DNA of 64,000 nucleotides from Candidatus Cryptobacteroides sp. (GTDB lineage: Bacteria > Bacteroidota > Bacteroidia > Bacteroidales > UBA932): assembly GCA_045635205.1 (NCBI GenBank), contig JAZRBS010000025.1, positions 3,279-67,278 on the forward strand. Direction: 5' to 3'. Position 1 is the first letter of the stretch. Each line of letters starts with the position of its first letter. The position numbers and the translations under genes are program-made. Under the pieces are notes generated by a model, which did not search any database, was not told the origin of the DNA, and worked only from the letters and a program-made list of their open reading frames with translations. Shown here in pieces: positions 23,318-32,638 of the stretch.

Positions 23318-24631
23318 ATGATACATAGGAAATTAGCGATTGCGGTTATGAGAAGGTTTTTGATTATATGCTTTATGCTGTCGGCATTCGGTCTGATGGC
23401 TCAGGACAAGACTCTCAGGGTGGACTATATATTTTCCGGGACTGACAAGACGCTGGAAATTGCTCTGGATGAGATGTCCTGCTTTGACGGATGGGCAGGA
23501 CGCAGATGCAATATGGATAGTGTTCCGGTCAGGGGCAACGGGCAGATATGTATGACTGATGCTGCTACTGGCTCTGTCTTGTATCGTCAGAGTTTTTCAA
23601 CTCTTTTCCAGGAATGGCAGACAACGGAAGAGGCTACGCGTCTGCGCAGAGCATTTGAGAATGTGTTCCTTCTGCCTATGCCTTCCGGACCGGCAGTCGT
23701 CAATGTTGAACTTTATGATTTCAAAGGCAATATTTCCGCTTCTTTCAGTCATCTTGTCGATCCTGCGGATATACTCATCAGAAAAATCAATCCCGATCCG
23801 GCTCCTCACAGATATATCCTGAAAAGCGGAGATCCTGCAGACAAGATCGATGTGGCAGTCGTGGCTGAGGGATATACTGCCTCAGAAGCAGATGTGTTCT
23901 ATGCTGACGCTAAAAAGGCTGTGGATGCCATCCTTGCTCATAAACCTTTTGACAGGTATGCGGACAGATTCAATTTTGTAGCAGTTGCTTTGCCATCGGA
24001 CGAGAGCGGGGTCAGTGTACCGGGTGAAGGCGTATGGAAGGAAACAGCACTAGGATCTCATTTCAATACATTCTATATGGACCGGTACCTGACTACGCTC
24101 AGGCTTAGACAAATGCACGATGCCCTTGGCGCCATACCGTACGAACATATTGTAATACTCGCTAATACAGACACTTACGGCGGAGGAGGAATATTCAATT
24201 CCTATACGTTGACGACCGCTCATCATCCTTCGTTCGAGCCCGTGGTAGTTCACGAATTCGGTCATAGTTTTGCAGGTCTTGCTGATGAATATTATTATGA
24301 CGATCAGTTCGTGGAATATTATTATCCCGAATGCGAGCCTTGGGAACAGAACATCACGACCTTGTTTGACTTTTCTTCGAAATGGGAGGATATGCTGCCC
24401 CGTTTCATTTCCATTCCCACTTCACAGCCTGAAGGAGATATATGGAAACAGATTGCAGACGGGACATCTGAGGAAACATTCCTCGGTGTATATGAAGGAG
24501 GAGGATACCAGTCAAAGGGTGTGTACAGGCCATTCCCTGATTGCCGTATGAAAACAAATGCGGCCGATGGATTCTGCCCTGTATGTCAGAGAGCCATCGC
24601 CCGCATAATCGAATTTTATACTGCCGAATGA
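23318..24631 (+). CDS. Peptidase M64 (IgA-peptidase family), exported
   Basis: VAEGYT, YGGGGIFN, HEFGHSFAGLADEY, GVYEGGGY and CRM...FCPVCQRAI. The start may be the downstream MRRF codon. Confidence 0.92.
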   Translation: MIHRKLAIAVMRRFLIICFMLSAFGLMAQDKTLRVDYIFSGTDKTLEIALDEMSCFDGWAGRRCNMDSVPVRGNGQICMTDAATGSVLYRQSFSTLFQEWQTTEEATRLRRAFENVFLLPMPSGPAVVNVELYDFKGNISASFSHLVDPADILIRKINPDPAPHRYILKSGDPADKIDVAVVAEGYTASEADVFYADAKKAVDAILAHKPFDRYADRFNFVAVALPSDESGVSVPGEGVWKETALGSHFNTFYMDRYLTTLRLRQMHDALGAIPYEHIVILANTDTYGGGGIFNSYTLTTAHHPSFEPVVVHEFGHSFAGLADEYYYDDQFVEYYYPECEPWEQNITTLFDFSSKWEDMLPRFISIPTSQPEGDIWKQIADGTSEETFLGVYEGGGYQSKGVYRPFPDCRMKTNAADGFCPVCQRAIARIIEFYTAE

Positions 24632-24632
24632 T

Positions 24633-25019
24633 CTATTTTACGGAAAGAAACATTACACCGTTCTTTGATGGTTCCAAAGTAAGTTTCATCGTCTGAGAAT
24701 TGTAGTCTGATACGCTCCAGGAGCCGCTGATGACAGGGCAGTCGAAAGACAGCATATTGCCTTTCGCTGTATAAGAGAATCTGTAATTCTCTTTGTTGCC
24801 TGATCCGCTTCTTTTCTGGAAAAATTCTCCTGAGTCTGCGGTGTCGAACCGGAGTGTCACAGTCGATGCGCTCTCCAGGCGGTTCCCGTCATATAATTTC
24901 AGTTCGCCTTCCCATTTCGTACCAGGGAGTTGCGAAGGATTGAACTCCAATTTGTTGTCGTCAGGATTGCAGGCAACCAAGGCCGCAAATGCAAGGATGA
25001 TTGTCAATATTCGTTTCAT
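24633..25019 (-). CDS. Small hypothetical lipoprotein, possibly lipocalin-like
   Basis: MKRILTIILAFAALVAC lipobox and LPGTKW motif; TACATTTG promoter upstream. Confidence 0.75.
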   Translation of the reverse strand: MKRILTIILAFAALVACNPDDNKLEFNPSQLPGTKWEGELKLYDGNRLESASTVTLRFDTADSGEFFQKRSGSGNKENYRFSYTAKGNMLSFDCPVISGSWSVSDYNSQTMKLTLEPSKNGVMFLSVK

Positions 25020-25080
25020 TATCAGTATGATTGAGTTTGTATGTTTGCCTATTAGACGCAAATGTAGTGAAAAAGTACCA

Positions 25081-27975
25081 TTACATCATATTCCACATAG
25101 CGTTTTCCACATTGCTGTTCTTCTTTGAATTCATCTTGCCGAAATTGAAGGAAACGCTGAATAGGAAGAATCTGCCAAGTACATTGCTATATACGTCTTC
25201 TTTGTATTCTCCGGATATGATTCTGTTCAGACTTCTTGTCTGGTTGAGGATATCCTCTGCCTTTAGGCTCAGAGTCACTCCCTTGATGCTTTTGCTGATG
25301 CTCATATTCCACATCCACTCAGGTGTGCCGAATCCGGTGCTGTATCCGTTGTAGAAACGATAGGCAAGATCGCTGCCGATTTCCCATCCCTTGCCCGGCT
25401 GGAAGAGTATGTTCGCATATACTCTGCTGTTCCAGGTATTCATATCTTCGGAAGGATCGAGTGAATATTTTGTGATTCTGTTGGATGTGGCTCCTCCTGC
25501 AGTGATGTCCAGTTTGTCGATGCTGTATTTCAGACTTGCTGAAAGCCCCCAGTCTGCAGTGCCGGTGCGGCTTTCTGCAAATCCGCTCTCTCCGCTGTAG
25601 AAGCGGTTGCCCTCTGCATCACCCCAGAAATCTTTCATAAATTCATTATAGTCGAAAGACTGTATGTCCAGACCTTCGTGACGGGAAGTAGCCTGGTAAC
25701 TGTAAGAGTTTGAATATGTTATGCGTCCGGAGGCTGTAAATGTGAATTTTCTTTCCTTTCCAAGAGGTCTGTTGTATGATGTGTAAACAGTTCCGGAACT
25801 TTGTGGCTTTTCCGAATTCACAGGCACAGCATATCTGATGCCGTCGCTGTCAGTCCAACTTGCATATACCGTACTTCTTGTGCTCAATGATGCATTGACA
25901 TATACATTGAGGAATGAGAATGTCTCTCTGTTGTTCGTTGAGAATGATGAGTACAGGCCGTGGTCGTATGATGGTCTGAGATAGATGTTTCCTGCACTTA
26001 TCTGTATCGGATCCGATATGTCGAGCACAGGATTGAGCATTGAAGATGACGGTTGCCCCGCGAATCCGTAATATCCTGCATAAATGTTGGTTGTGTTCTT
26101 TTCGTATTGGTAACTTACGAACGGTGACCAGTTAAACAGCCATTCGTCCTTGCCTGTCACAGTCTTTATTCCTAAGGATTCGGCTCTTACTTCATTCTTT
26201 ATAAGACTTGCTCTGAGTCCGAACTGTATGCCTGATGTGTCATTCTTCCATTGTCCCAGTACGGTTCCTATGTTTTCGGTATAATAACTATCAGAAACCG
26301 ATGAGTAGTAATCATTTCTGGTACCGTCCGGATTGCTTGCATTCTTTGAGTTTTCAGAAACTGAATACACCGTGCCTACACCTGCCTGCATTGTCCACCT
26401 CTCACCGATCGGCTCGCTGTATGAAATGGAACCGTTAAGGGAATATCTATTCCTATCCGCATCGTATGTGAGGTTTTTTACTGTATTCTGCCCTTTCAGA
26501 CTGACTTCAGATAATTCAAGTATATTTTTGTCGGTATTGTTGAAATTATAAAAGAATGCGGCCGAAAGGGTTCTTCTTTCCTTTCCCAGTTTCTTGAACC
26601 CTCCGTAAAGCAAGCCCTCTGCATCGAATTTTCTTGCGGATGACGATGATGACGATATGGATCTGTTGAGTGTGTCAGAGGCATTTCTTGTTGTTGATGC
26701 ATTGTCTGATGCTATGCTTTCAGTGCCGAAGCCGGCCGTCTGTCTGAAATTAAAGTGATATTTGTCGTTCTTTTTGGACTGAATATTTATTGTGCCTCCC
26801 ACTTTGTTCTGCGTCCCTCGGGCATTATGTGCCCTGTCTGTGAATATATCGGGACTGTCCGGCTGAAATGTGGTTCTGAATGATTTCTGGCTTGAGATTT
26901 TGCCATTATTGTCGTAAGTTACAGATAGATTTGTTTCAGTACCTTTTATCCTTTCAGTATTGTAATTAATCCCGGCCTTGGCATTTCTGTCAAGTCCGCC
27001 GATGCTGTTGAAATCCTGATCAGGATCTTCATTACCAGTATAATAGGTCACAGTCCCGGCTCCCGGTTCCAGTGCATTGTAGGCATTACCGATGAAAATT
27101 ATCTGATCCTTTTCCGTGTAGCCAGTCACCATTGCATTGCCGTTGTAAAGGAGACCCCTGTCATCTATGAGATTATCCTCAGTCTTGGGAGTAAGGGTAG
27201 AGCCTGCTCCAAGTCTGGCGTTTCCATACCATCCTTTGGTGAACTCTTCCTTCAATTCCACATCCATCACCTTCTCCTTATCGTCTTTAGTCACGATGCC
27301 TTTGACTTCTGCTTCATCCTTTGTCTTGTCCACCACCTTGATCTTGTCAACGATTTTGGCCGGAAGATTCTTCAAGGCTGCAGTGGGGTCGTTGAAAAAG
27401 AAAGTCTTTCCGCCCACGGTGATCTTGTCGATCTTTTCTCCATTCAGAGTTACCGTGCCGCCATCACTCACCTCCATTCCTGGCATCTTCTTGATCAGAT
27501 CTTCCAGCATAGCGTTTTCTCCCACCTTGAATGAAGATGCGTTGAATTCGATCGTATCTTTCTTGATCGTAATGGCATTCCCGACTGCAGATACAGTCGC
27601 AGCGTCGATATATTCCGGATTTTCTTCCATCTTTATTATACCGGCATCATATTCCCAGCCTTTGAAAGTATAAACCTTCTTATAGGGCAGATAGCCGATC
27701 ATTTCAGCATTCAGTTCGTATTTTCCGGTAGGGACTTCTTCGATGAGAACGTCTCCTTTGTCGTCAGAAAGGGCAAAATGAGTGATTGTGGTGTCCCGGT
27801 CCGGAATCAGATATACCGATGCCCAACTTATCGGTTCGGAAGTCTTGGAGTCAATAAGAGTGAGTTTGACTTTGAGATTGCGGTTGCGCTGGATCATATC
27901 ATACGAGATCGTCCTTTGCGCAAACAAGGGAAGTGCCGCTACTGTAAGGCACAGCAGAGTAAGGATTCGTTTCAT
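25081..27975 (-). CDS. Outer-membrane beta-barrel protein (TonB-dependent-receptor-like) with carboxypeptidase-regulatory-like N-domain
   Basis: Signal peptide, KKDTIEFNASSF, LEDLIKKMPG, NLPAKIVDKIKV and C-terminal DILNQ...GRFFLFSVSFNFG. Confidence 0.87.
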   Translation of the reverse strand: MKRILTLLCLTVAALPLFAQRTISYDMIQRNRNLKVKLTLIDSKTSEPISWASVYLIPDRDTTITHFALSDDKGDVLIEEVPTGKYELNAEMIGYLPYKKVYTFKGWEYDAGIIKMEENPEYIDAATVSAVGNAITIKKDTIEFNASSFKVGENAMLEDLIKKMPGMEVSDGGTVTLNGEKIDKITVGGKTFFFNDPTAALKNLPAKIVDKIKVVDKTKDEAEVKGIVTKDDKEKVMDVELKEEFTKGWYGNARLGAGSTLTPKTEDNLIDDRGLLYNGNAMVTGYTEKDQIIFIGNAYNALEPGAGTVTYYTGNEDPDQDFNSIGGLDRNAKAGINYNTERIKGTETNLSVTYDNNGKISSQKSFRTTFQPDSPDIFTDRAHNARGTQNKVGGTINIQSKKNDKYHFNFRQTAGFGTESIASDNASTTRNASDTLNRSISSSSSSARKFDAEGLLYGGFKKLGKERRTLSAAFFYNFNNTDKNILELSEVSLKGQNTVKNLTYDADRNRYSLNGSISYSEPIGERWTMQAGVGTVYSVSENSKNASNPDGTRNDYYSSVSDSYYTENIGTVLGQWKNDTSGIQFGLRASLIKNEVRAESLGIKTVTGKDEWLFNWSPFVSYQYEKNTTNIYAGYYGFAGQPSSSMLNPVLDISDPIQISAGNIYLRPSYDHGLYSSFSTNNRETFSFLNVYVNASLSTRSTVYASWTDSDGIRYAVPVNSEKPQSSGTVYTSYNRPLGKERKFTFTASGRITYSNSYSYQATSRHEGLDIQSFDYNEFMKDFWGDAEGNRFYSGESGFAESRTGTADWGLSASLKYSIDKLDITAGGATSNRITKYSLDPSEDMNTWNSRVYANILFQPGKGWEIGSDLAYRFYNGYSTGFGTPEWMWNMSISKSIKGVTLSLKAEDILNQTRSLNRIISGEYKEDVYSNVLGRFFLFSVSFNFGKMNSKKNSNVENAMWNMM

Positions 27976-28006
27976 TTGTAAGTTCGTTTAGTCGTTTTAT
28001 AATATC

Positions 28007-28033
28007 AGACGTTTGAAACGCCGGATTGCTACA
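28007..28033 (-). promoter_or_regulatory. Candidate ECF-sigma promoter
   Basis: Minus strand TGTAGC-N16-CGTCT about 30 nt upstream of the beta-barrel ATG. Confidence 0.35.
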
Positions 28034-28125
28034 AGGTATATCAGATATTATGCCAATGGGGAAGCATATAGGCAAAAAGTCAAAAGATTTTTGCACGTCA
28101 AGAAAAAATCACTACCTTTGCATCC

Positions 28126-28222
28126 GGGAAAGTCATACACGACCAGCTCCCTCTGAATTCCCCCAGGGCTTGACCGCAGCAAGGGTAGGAGGTTGTAGCG
28201 GTGCGATGTATATCGCTTTCCC
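28126..28222 (+). ncRNA. ffs: Small SRP RNA (4.5S)
   Basis: Terminal stem GGGAAAG/CTTTCCC followed by a U-tract; helix-8 signature CAGG-GCT-TGAC-CGC-AGCA; own promoter TTTG(28090)-N19-TACCTTTG(28113). Confidence 0.88.
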
Positions 28223-28249
28223 TTTTTTCGTATATATACCTGAAGTGGA

Positions 28250-28723
28250 TCAGATACTGTCGAAAATCAGCGGAAGCAGATCGTCCACCTTATCGAATTT
28301 CCAGATCTTTTTACCTCCGACAAGAATAATCTCCATCTGTCTGCCACCTTTTGTCTGGTATTGAGCCATTACCTGTCTGCAGGCTCCGCAAGGAGTGGCC
28401 GGAGTATCGCACAGTATGCCGTTCTGACTTGCTGCAATGGCTATGGCTTCTATTGCATTTTCTGGATATGTGGCTGATGCATAGAACATTGCTGTCCTTT
28501 CTGCACATATTCCTGAAGGGTAGGCTGCGTTTTCCTGATTCGAACCCTTTATTGTCTCTCCAGTGTCCAGACGGACGGCTGCTCCTACATTGAATCCGGA
28601 ATATGGGGCGTATGAACCTTTTGTCGCTTCTATTGCGGCCTCTGCGAGTTCACGATCTCTATTGTCCAACTGCTCGATCGATTCATATTCCAGATAGGCG
28701 ATTTTTATTTCTTTACTTGTCAT
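28250..28723 (-). CDS. cdd: Cytidine deaminase
   Basis: SYAPYSGFNVGAA, GSNQENAAYPSGICAER and PCGACRQV. Confidence 0.95.
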   Translation of the reverse strand: MTSKEIKIAYLEYESIEQLDNRDRELAEAAIEATKGSYAPYSGFNVGAAVRLDTGETIKGSNQENAAYPSGICAERTAMFYASATYPENAIEAIAIAASQNGILCDTPATPCGACRQVMAQYQTKGGRQMEIILVGGKKIWKFDKVDDLLPLIFDSI

Positions 28724-28779
28724 AAAAATGCAATTAAGTTATATTTGCAGACTCTACAAATATAATACATTTTTTGAAA

Positions 28780-30195
28780 ATGTCTCATAATATGGCAGAT
28801 AACGCGCAAATTAAGGTTTGTATAGGACTTTCCGGAGGTGTGGATTCCAGTGTGGCGGCTCTTTTGCTCAAGCAGCAGGGCTATGATGTTTTTGCACTCT
28901 TTATGCAGAACTGGCACGATGCATCCACTACTTTACACGGCGACTGTGAGTGGGAGGAAGATCGTTTTGTGGCAGAGATGGTGGCACGTAAGATCGGTAT
29001 CCCTTTCTATTTCGTTGATTTGAGCAAGGAGTACAGGCAGAGGGTTGTTGACTATATGTTCGACGAGTATGAAAAAGGACGTACTCCCAATCCTGATGTG
29101 CTGTGTAACAGGGAGATAAAGTTCGATGCTTTTCTTAAATGTGCGAAGAATCTCGGGGCAGACTATGTGGCTACAGGACATTATTGCCGTAAGGAAACGT
29201 TTGAAACCGAGGATGGACAGAAGATGTACCGTCTTCTTGCCGGAACCGATTCCAATAAGGATCAGAGTTATTTCCTCTGCCAACTTTCGCAGGAGCAACT
29301 TTCTCAGGCGATGTTCCCGATAGGTGACATAGTCAAGCCTGAAGTGCGCAGACTGGCTCACGAGGCAGATCTTCCATCTGCCGACAAAAAGGATTCTCAG
29401 GGAATATGCTTTGTGGGAAAGGTCGATCTTCCTACGTTCCTGCAGCAGAAATTGAAGCCTTGTGAGGGTGATGTAGTTGAAGTTTATGATGCATATTATG
29501 CTGATAATGAGCAATATGCGTTCGTCAGAGATACCCTTGCATCCATACTGAAGGATGGAGGTGCAGATGTCAAACTGATTACTGACTATATCTCGGAAGA
29601 CAAGGCTGTGCCTGTTATATCCGGAGGATGTCCTTTTGATGAAGAAAAGTTGTCCTCCCTTTCTGACGAACAGTTGTTCCGCCTGTCGCAGCCTGTTGAA
29701 TACGACATACGCTTTGAGACAGAGACATACCGCAGCGGCCGCAAGCACATCAAGAAGACCAGATATAAGGAGAATCCCTACGGAAAGATCGTGGGCAGAC
29801 ACGATGGCGCTCAGTTCTATACGATAGGGCAGCGTAAGGGACTTAATATCGGTGGCCATAAGGATTCCGTATTCGTCATCGAGACAGACATCCCACGAAA
29901 TATAATATATGTGGGAGAGGGACACACTCATAAGGGGCTTTCGCGCAGTTGCCTGAGGATTGATCCTTCTGAAATTCACTGGATACGTCCTGATCTGGCT
30001 ATGACCCCTGGTGAGGTCAGGCGCTACCGGGTGCGCATCCGTTACCGCCAGCCTCTGCAGGATGCCACGCTCATTATGCGCGCCAATGGTCTTTTCATCC
30101 TCTTCGACACCCCTCAGCGCGGCATAACCCCCGGTCAGTTCGCTGCCTGGTATGAAGGCGATGAGATGCTTGGTTCGGGAGTGATTCTGCTATAA
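28780..30195 (+). CDS. mnmA: tRNA 2-thiouridylase with a long internal insertion
   Basis: GLSGGVDS, PNPDVLCNREIKF, ATGHY, KDQSYFL, DSQGICF, YTIGQRKGL and TPGQ. Start is 28780 or 28792. Confidence 0.96.
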   Translation: MSHNMADNAQIKVCIGLSGGVDSSVAALLLKQQGYDVFALFMQNWHDASTTLHGDCEWEEDRFVAEMVARKIGIPFYFVDLSKEYRQRVVDYMFDEYEKGRTPNPDVLCNREIKFDAFLKCAKNLGADYVATGHYCRKETFETEDGQKMYRLLAGTDSNKDQSYFLCQLSQEQLSQAMFPIGDIVKPEVRRLAHEADLPSADKKDSQGICFVGKVDLPTFLQQKLKPCEGDVVEVYDAYYADNEQYAFVRDTLASILKDGGADVKLITDYISEDKAVPVISGGCPFDEEKLSSLSDEQLFRLSQPVEYDIRFETETYRSGRKHIKKTRYKENPYGKIVGRHDGAQFYTIGQRKGLNIGGHKDSVFVIETDIPRNIIYVGEGHTHKGLSRSCLRIDPSEIHWIRPDLAMTPGEVRRYRVRIRYRQPLQDATLIMRANGLFILFDTPQRGITPGQFAAWYEGDEMLGSGVILL

Positions 30196-30228
30196 TTCGT
30201 TGAACACACGTTACTGACCTTTGGAGAA

Positions 30229-30276
30229 ATATATATGCCACCCACTCGACATAAGATGAGTGGGTGGCATATATAT
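30229..30276. terminator. 19-bp perfect inverted repeat between the convergent mnmA and pilin genes
   Basis: ATATATATGCCACCCACTC-N10-GAGTGGGTGGCATATATAT. Confidence 0.75.
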
Positions 30277-30297
30277 AAACAATTGTGTAATACGATA

Positions 30298-32295
30298 TTA
30301 AGGTTCTGGGAATGTATGAACTCTTATATTACCGACTGCAAGGATTTTACCGTCAGCATCATACTGATTGACCTGAAGAGTAAGCCAACCGGATGCATAG
30401 TTCGCATCTGAGCCTGTATAAACTGTGAGAGTGCGATCTTCTAAAGTATATCCGATCTCATCTGTGCTACTGTTCTTGATTGATGCAGAATCGAAAAGTT
30501 CAAAGATCTTTTCATCAAAACCAGATTCGATGGTTTTATTTCCAAGATTCCGGGTAAGACCTGCCATATTGCTGATCTTATTGCCGCCATCATCATAAGC
30601 AGTAAGTTGACAGTTGAGATATACTATGTAGTGATCGACATTCGCGGCAGGACTAACATAATAACCGTCTTCTTCCATAGTAGGAGTCTTTACGGCCATT
30701 TTGGTAGAAGTATATACTGAGTCATATCTGCTGGTCTCCTTGCCGTTGAGTATGTAAGTTGCGTGAGAACACATAGCCATCACTTTATAGCATATGGCAG
30801 TTCCAGTCGTGTACATCGTGCCAGTATAATCGGAATCTTCGTCCATATTGATGGAAAGAGTGTAATCAGCTCCTTCATAGCCGTGACCAAGCATACCGCC
30901 GATTGCATTACCTGTGGTACATACGAGGGTTGCATCGGATTTCGTGTTGATAAAGGTTACAGTATAATCTGCTCCTAAATCGTCAGCATTCGCAGTACCG
31001 TAGTTATAGAAGGAACCTATATTGTACTGGCCTTCGATATAACCGTGAAGTGTTACGTTTTCGAAGGTTGTTTCACCCTGATTATAGATGTTCCTGACAA
31101 GAGCGCGTCCGTCGGTAGTATGAACATTGGCAGTAAGATTAGATATCTTGATTTCCTGTTCCAGACCGGATTTACCGACTACTTCAAACAAAGAGGTAGA
31201 AAGATTATTGATTGTTACATTGTTACCATTAAAACTACCGTTGAGTCTAAGACGGCCGATACCGGTCATATCAAGAGTTTCAGTGTCATCTGCAATCTTG
31301 AAATAGTTGTACGTGTCGTAATAATCAGAAATTTTTGATAACTGAGTTGCATCCTGAATCAAATATGGATCACTTTCAGTACCCGCTCCGCCAGCGAAAG
31401 GTGAAGATACATTCTCGGTTCCTTCATATTCAACTACTGTAGTCGTATAGGCCTTAGAGCGCAGTATAGCGAATGTCTCGTCCGCCTTATGACTATAAAC
31501 CATCTTCTTTCCGGCATTGTCATATATGGTAATAGTGATACCTCCGGTAATCTCCTCTACCGGAAGCAATGCCACAACAAAATTGGTGGCCTCGGTAGCA
31601 CTCAGTTCTACACCCTCGCCACAATCCAGCAGAATGGTGTTGGATCCATCTGTAACATTGACAGTCGGGAGAGTAGAGTTAGATGCTGTAATGTTTACCT
31701 TGCCTGCCAAGTACTCTTCTGCGCTGAATTCAATCTTTGTGATGGTCGCATTGCCTTTCAATTGCAGACGGAAAATCGCACCGACATTCTTGAATTTAAG
31801 GTTAGCATCCAATGTGCAGGAAGTAACTGCCACCATAGGTGATGCACCTATTCCAAATGTACCGCTTTTACTGTAAGTCTGTGTGGTAGGAAAAGTTGCA
31901 TTGAAAGTATAAGTACCATTATCCTCACTTACAGTTACATCGCTTTCGTACGGGTAGTAAGCGACATTGGCAGATATATCGTCAGTAGAAGTACTTGACT
32001 CAGTTCCGGCAGCTAATTCTTTTATTTGAAATTTACCATTCGTGCTGTTTGCACCTTCTTTCAGTATAAAAGATGTATTGGCAGTAGTTCCGCCAAAGAC
32101 ACTGATCTGGTCATTTTCAGACCATATTACATTATTGCTGCCATCAAGTGCAGTACGAGTATCGGCACTATTTTCGAATGTTGCATAGAATGTCTTGTTC
32201 AAACTATTCTGTATGTTCAGTGATTCTTCGTTTTTTTGACAGCCTACAATAATGGCGAGAATCACTATTATTCCGACCAAATTAATCCTTCTCAT
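30298..32295 (-). CDS. Type V pilin/fimbrillin-like lipoprotein with C-terminal extension (tip-adhesin-like)
   Basis: Lipobox IIVGC, FYATFE...DTRTAL...W..NDQISVF, AYYPY, PMVA and LKFKN, followed by FAGGAGTESDPYLI and a beta-rich domain. Confidence 0.82.
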   Translation of the reverse strand: MRRINLVGIIVILAIIVGCQKNEESLNIQNSLNKTFYATFENSADTRTALDGSNNVIWSENDQISVFGGTTANTSFILKEGANSTNGKFQIKELAAGTESSTSTDDISANVAYYPYESDVTVSEDNGTYTFNATFPTTQTYSKSGTFGIGASPMVAVTSCTLDANLKFKNVGAIFRLQLKGNATITKIEFSAEEYLAGKVNITASNSTLPTVNVTDGSNTILLDCGEGVELSATEATNFVVALLPVEEITGGITITIYDNAGKKMVYSHKADETFAILRSKAYTTTVVEYEGTENVSSPFAGGAGTESDPYLIQDATQLSKISDYYDTYNYFKIADDTETLDMTGIGRLRLNGSFNGNNVTINNLSTSLFEVVGKSGLEQEIKISNLTANVHTTDGRALVRNIYNQGETTFENVTLHGYIEGQYNIGSFYNYGTANADDLGADYTVTFINTKSDATLVCTTGNAIGGMLGHGYEGADYTLSINMDEDSDYTGTMYTTGTAICYKVMAMCSHATYILNGKETSRYDSVYTSTKMAVKTPTMEEDGYYVSPAANVDHYIVYLNCQLTAYDDGGNKISNMAGLTRNLGNKTIESGFDEKIFELFDSASIKNSSTDEIGYTLEDRTLTVYTGSDANYASGWLTLQVNQYDADGKILAVGNIRVHTFPEP

Positions 32296-32324
32296 AGTAC
32301 TATAAATATAAAAGAATGATTTGA

Positions 32325-32456
32325 TTATTCCTCATAACCTCCGAAACCTTCGGTATTGCCTTCCTCGTTACTTGTTGCGAAACATTGTTCTACTTCCATT
32401 TCTATGATTTCCACCTGTGGAACCTCATAGTTTGATACAGCATTTCTATTGTACAT
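32325..32456 (-). CDS. 43-aa acidic peptide upstream of the pilin gene (below the ORF-track cutoff)
   Basis: MYNRNAVSNYEVPQVEIIEMEVEQCFATSNEEGNTEGFGGYEE*. It has an A-rich initiation context and lies between the promoter (32537-32544) and the pilin ATG. Confidence 0.72.
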   Translation of the reverse strand: MYNRNAVSNYEVPQVEIIEMEVEQCFATSNEEGNTEGFGGYEE

Positions 32457-32536
32457 TGCTTATTTGTTTTAAATAATATTAGTTACGATCTCTTTTACTG
32501 TAATTATTTGAAATAATGAATTTTAAATCTGAGCCA

Positions 32537-32583
32537 CAAAGATATGAATTAATATCCGATAATACAATATTTTCGGGGGGGGG
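32537..32583 (-). promoter_or_regulatory. Promoter of the peptide-pilin unit with adjacent G9 tract
   Basis: Minus strand ATTG(32565-32568)-N20-TATCTTTG(32537-32544); G9 at 32575-32583. Confidence 0.6.
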
Positions 32584-32638
32584 TGAAAATTTCTAAATTA
32601 TTGAAATTAAATTAAATATGGAGGTTGGGTGGGCGACC

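Noticed and set aside
28026-28364. 112-aa ORF across the SRP RNA
   Set aside because: It overlaps ffs and the antisense of cdd and has no protein-like features.
28933-29979. 348-aa ORF antisense to mnmA (also 48658-49599, 54649-55593 and 52146-52883)
   Set aside because: These are shadow frames fully overlapping well-conserved genes, with no recognisable motifs.
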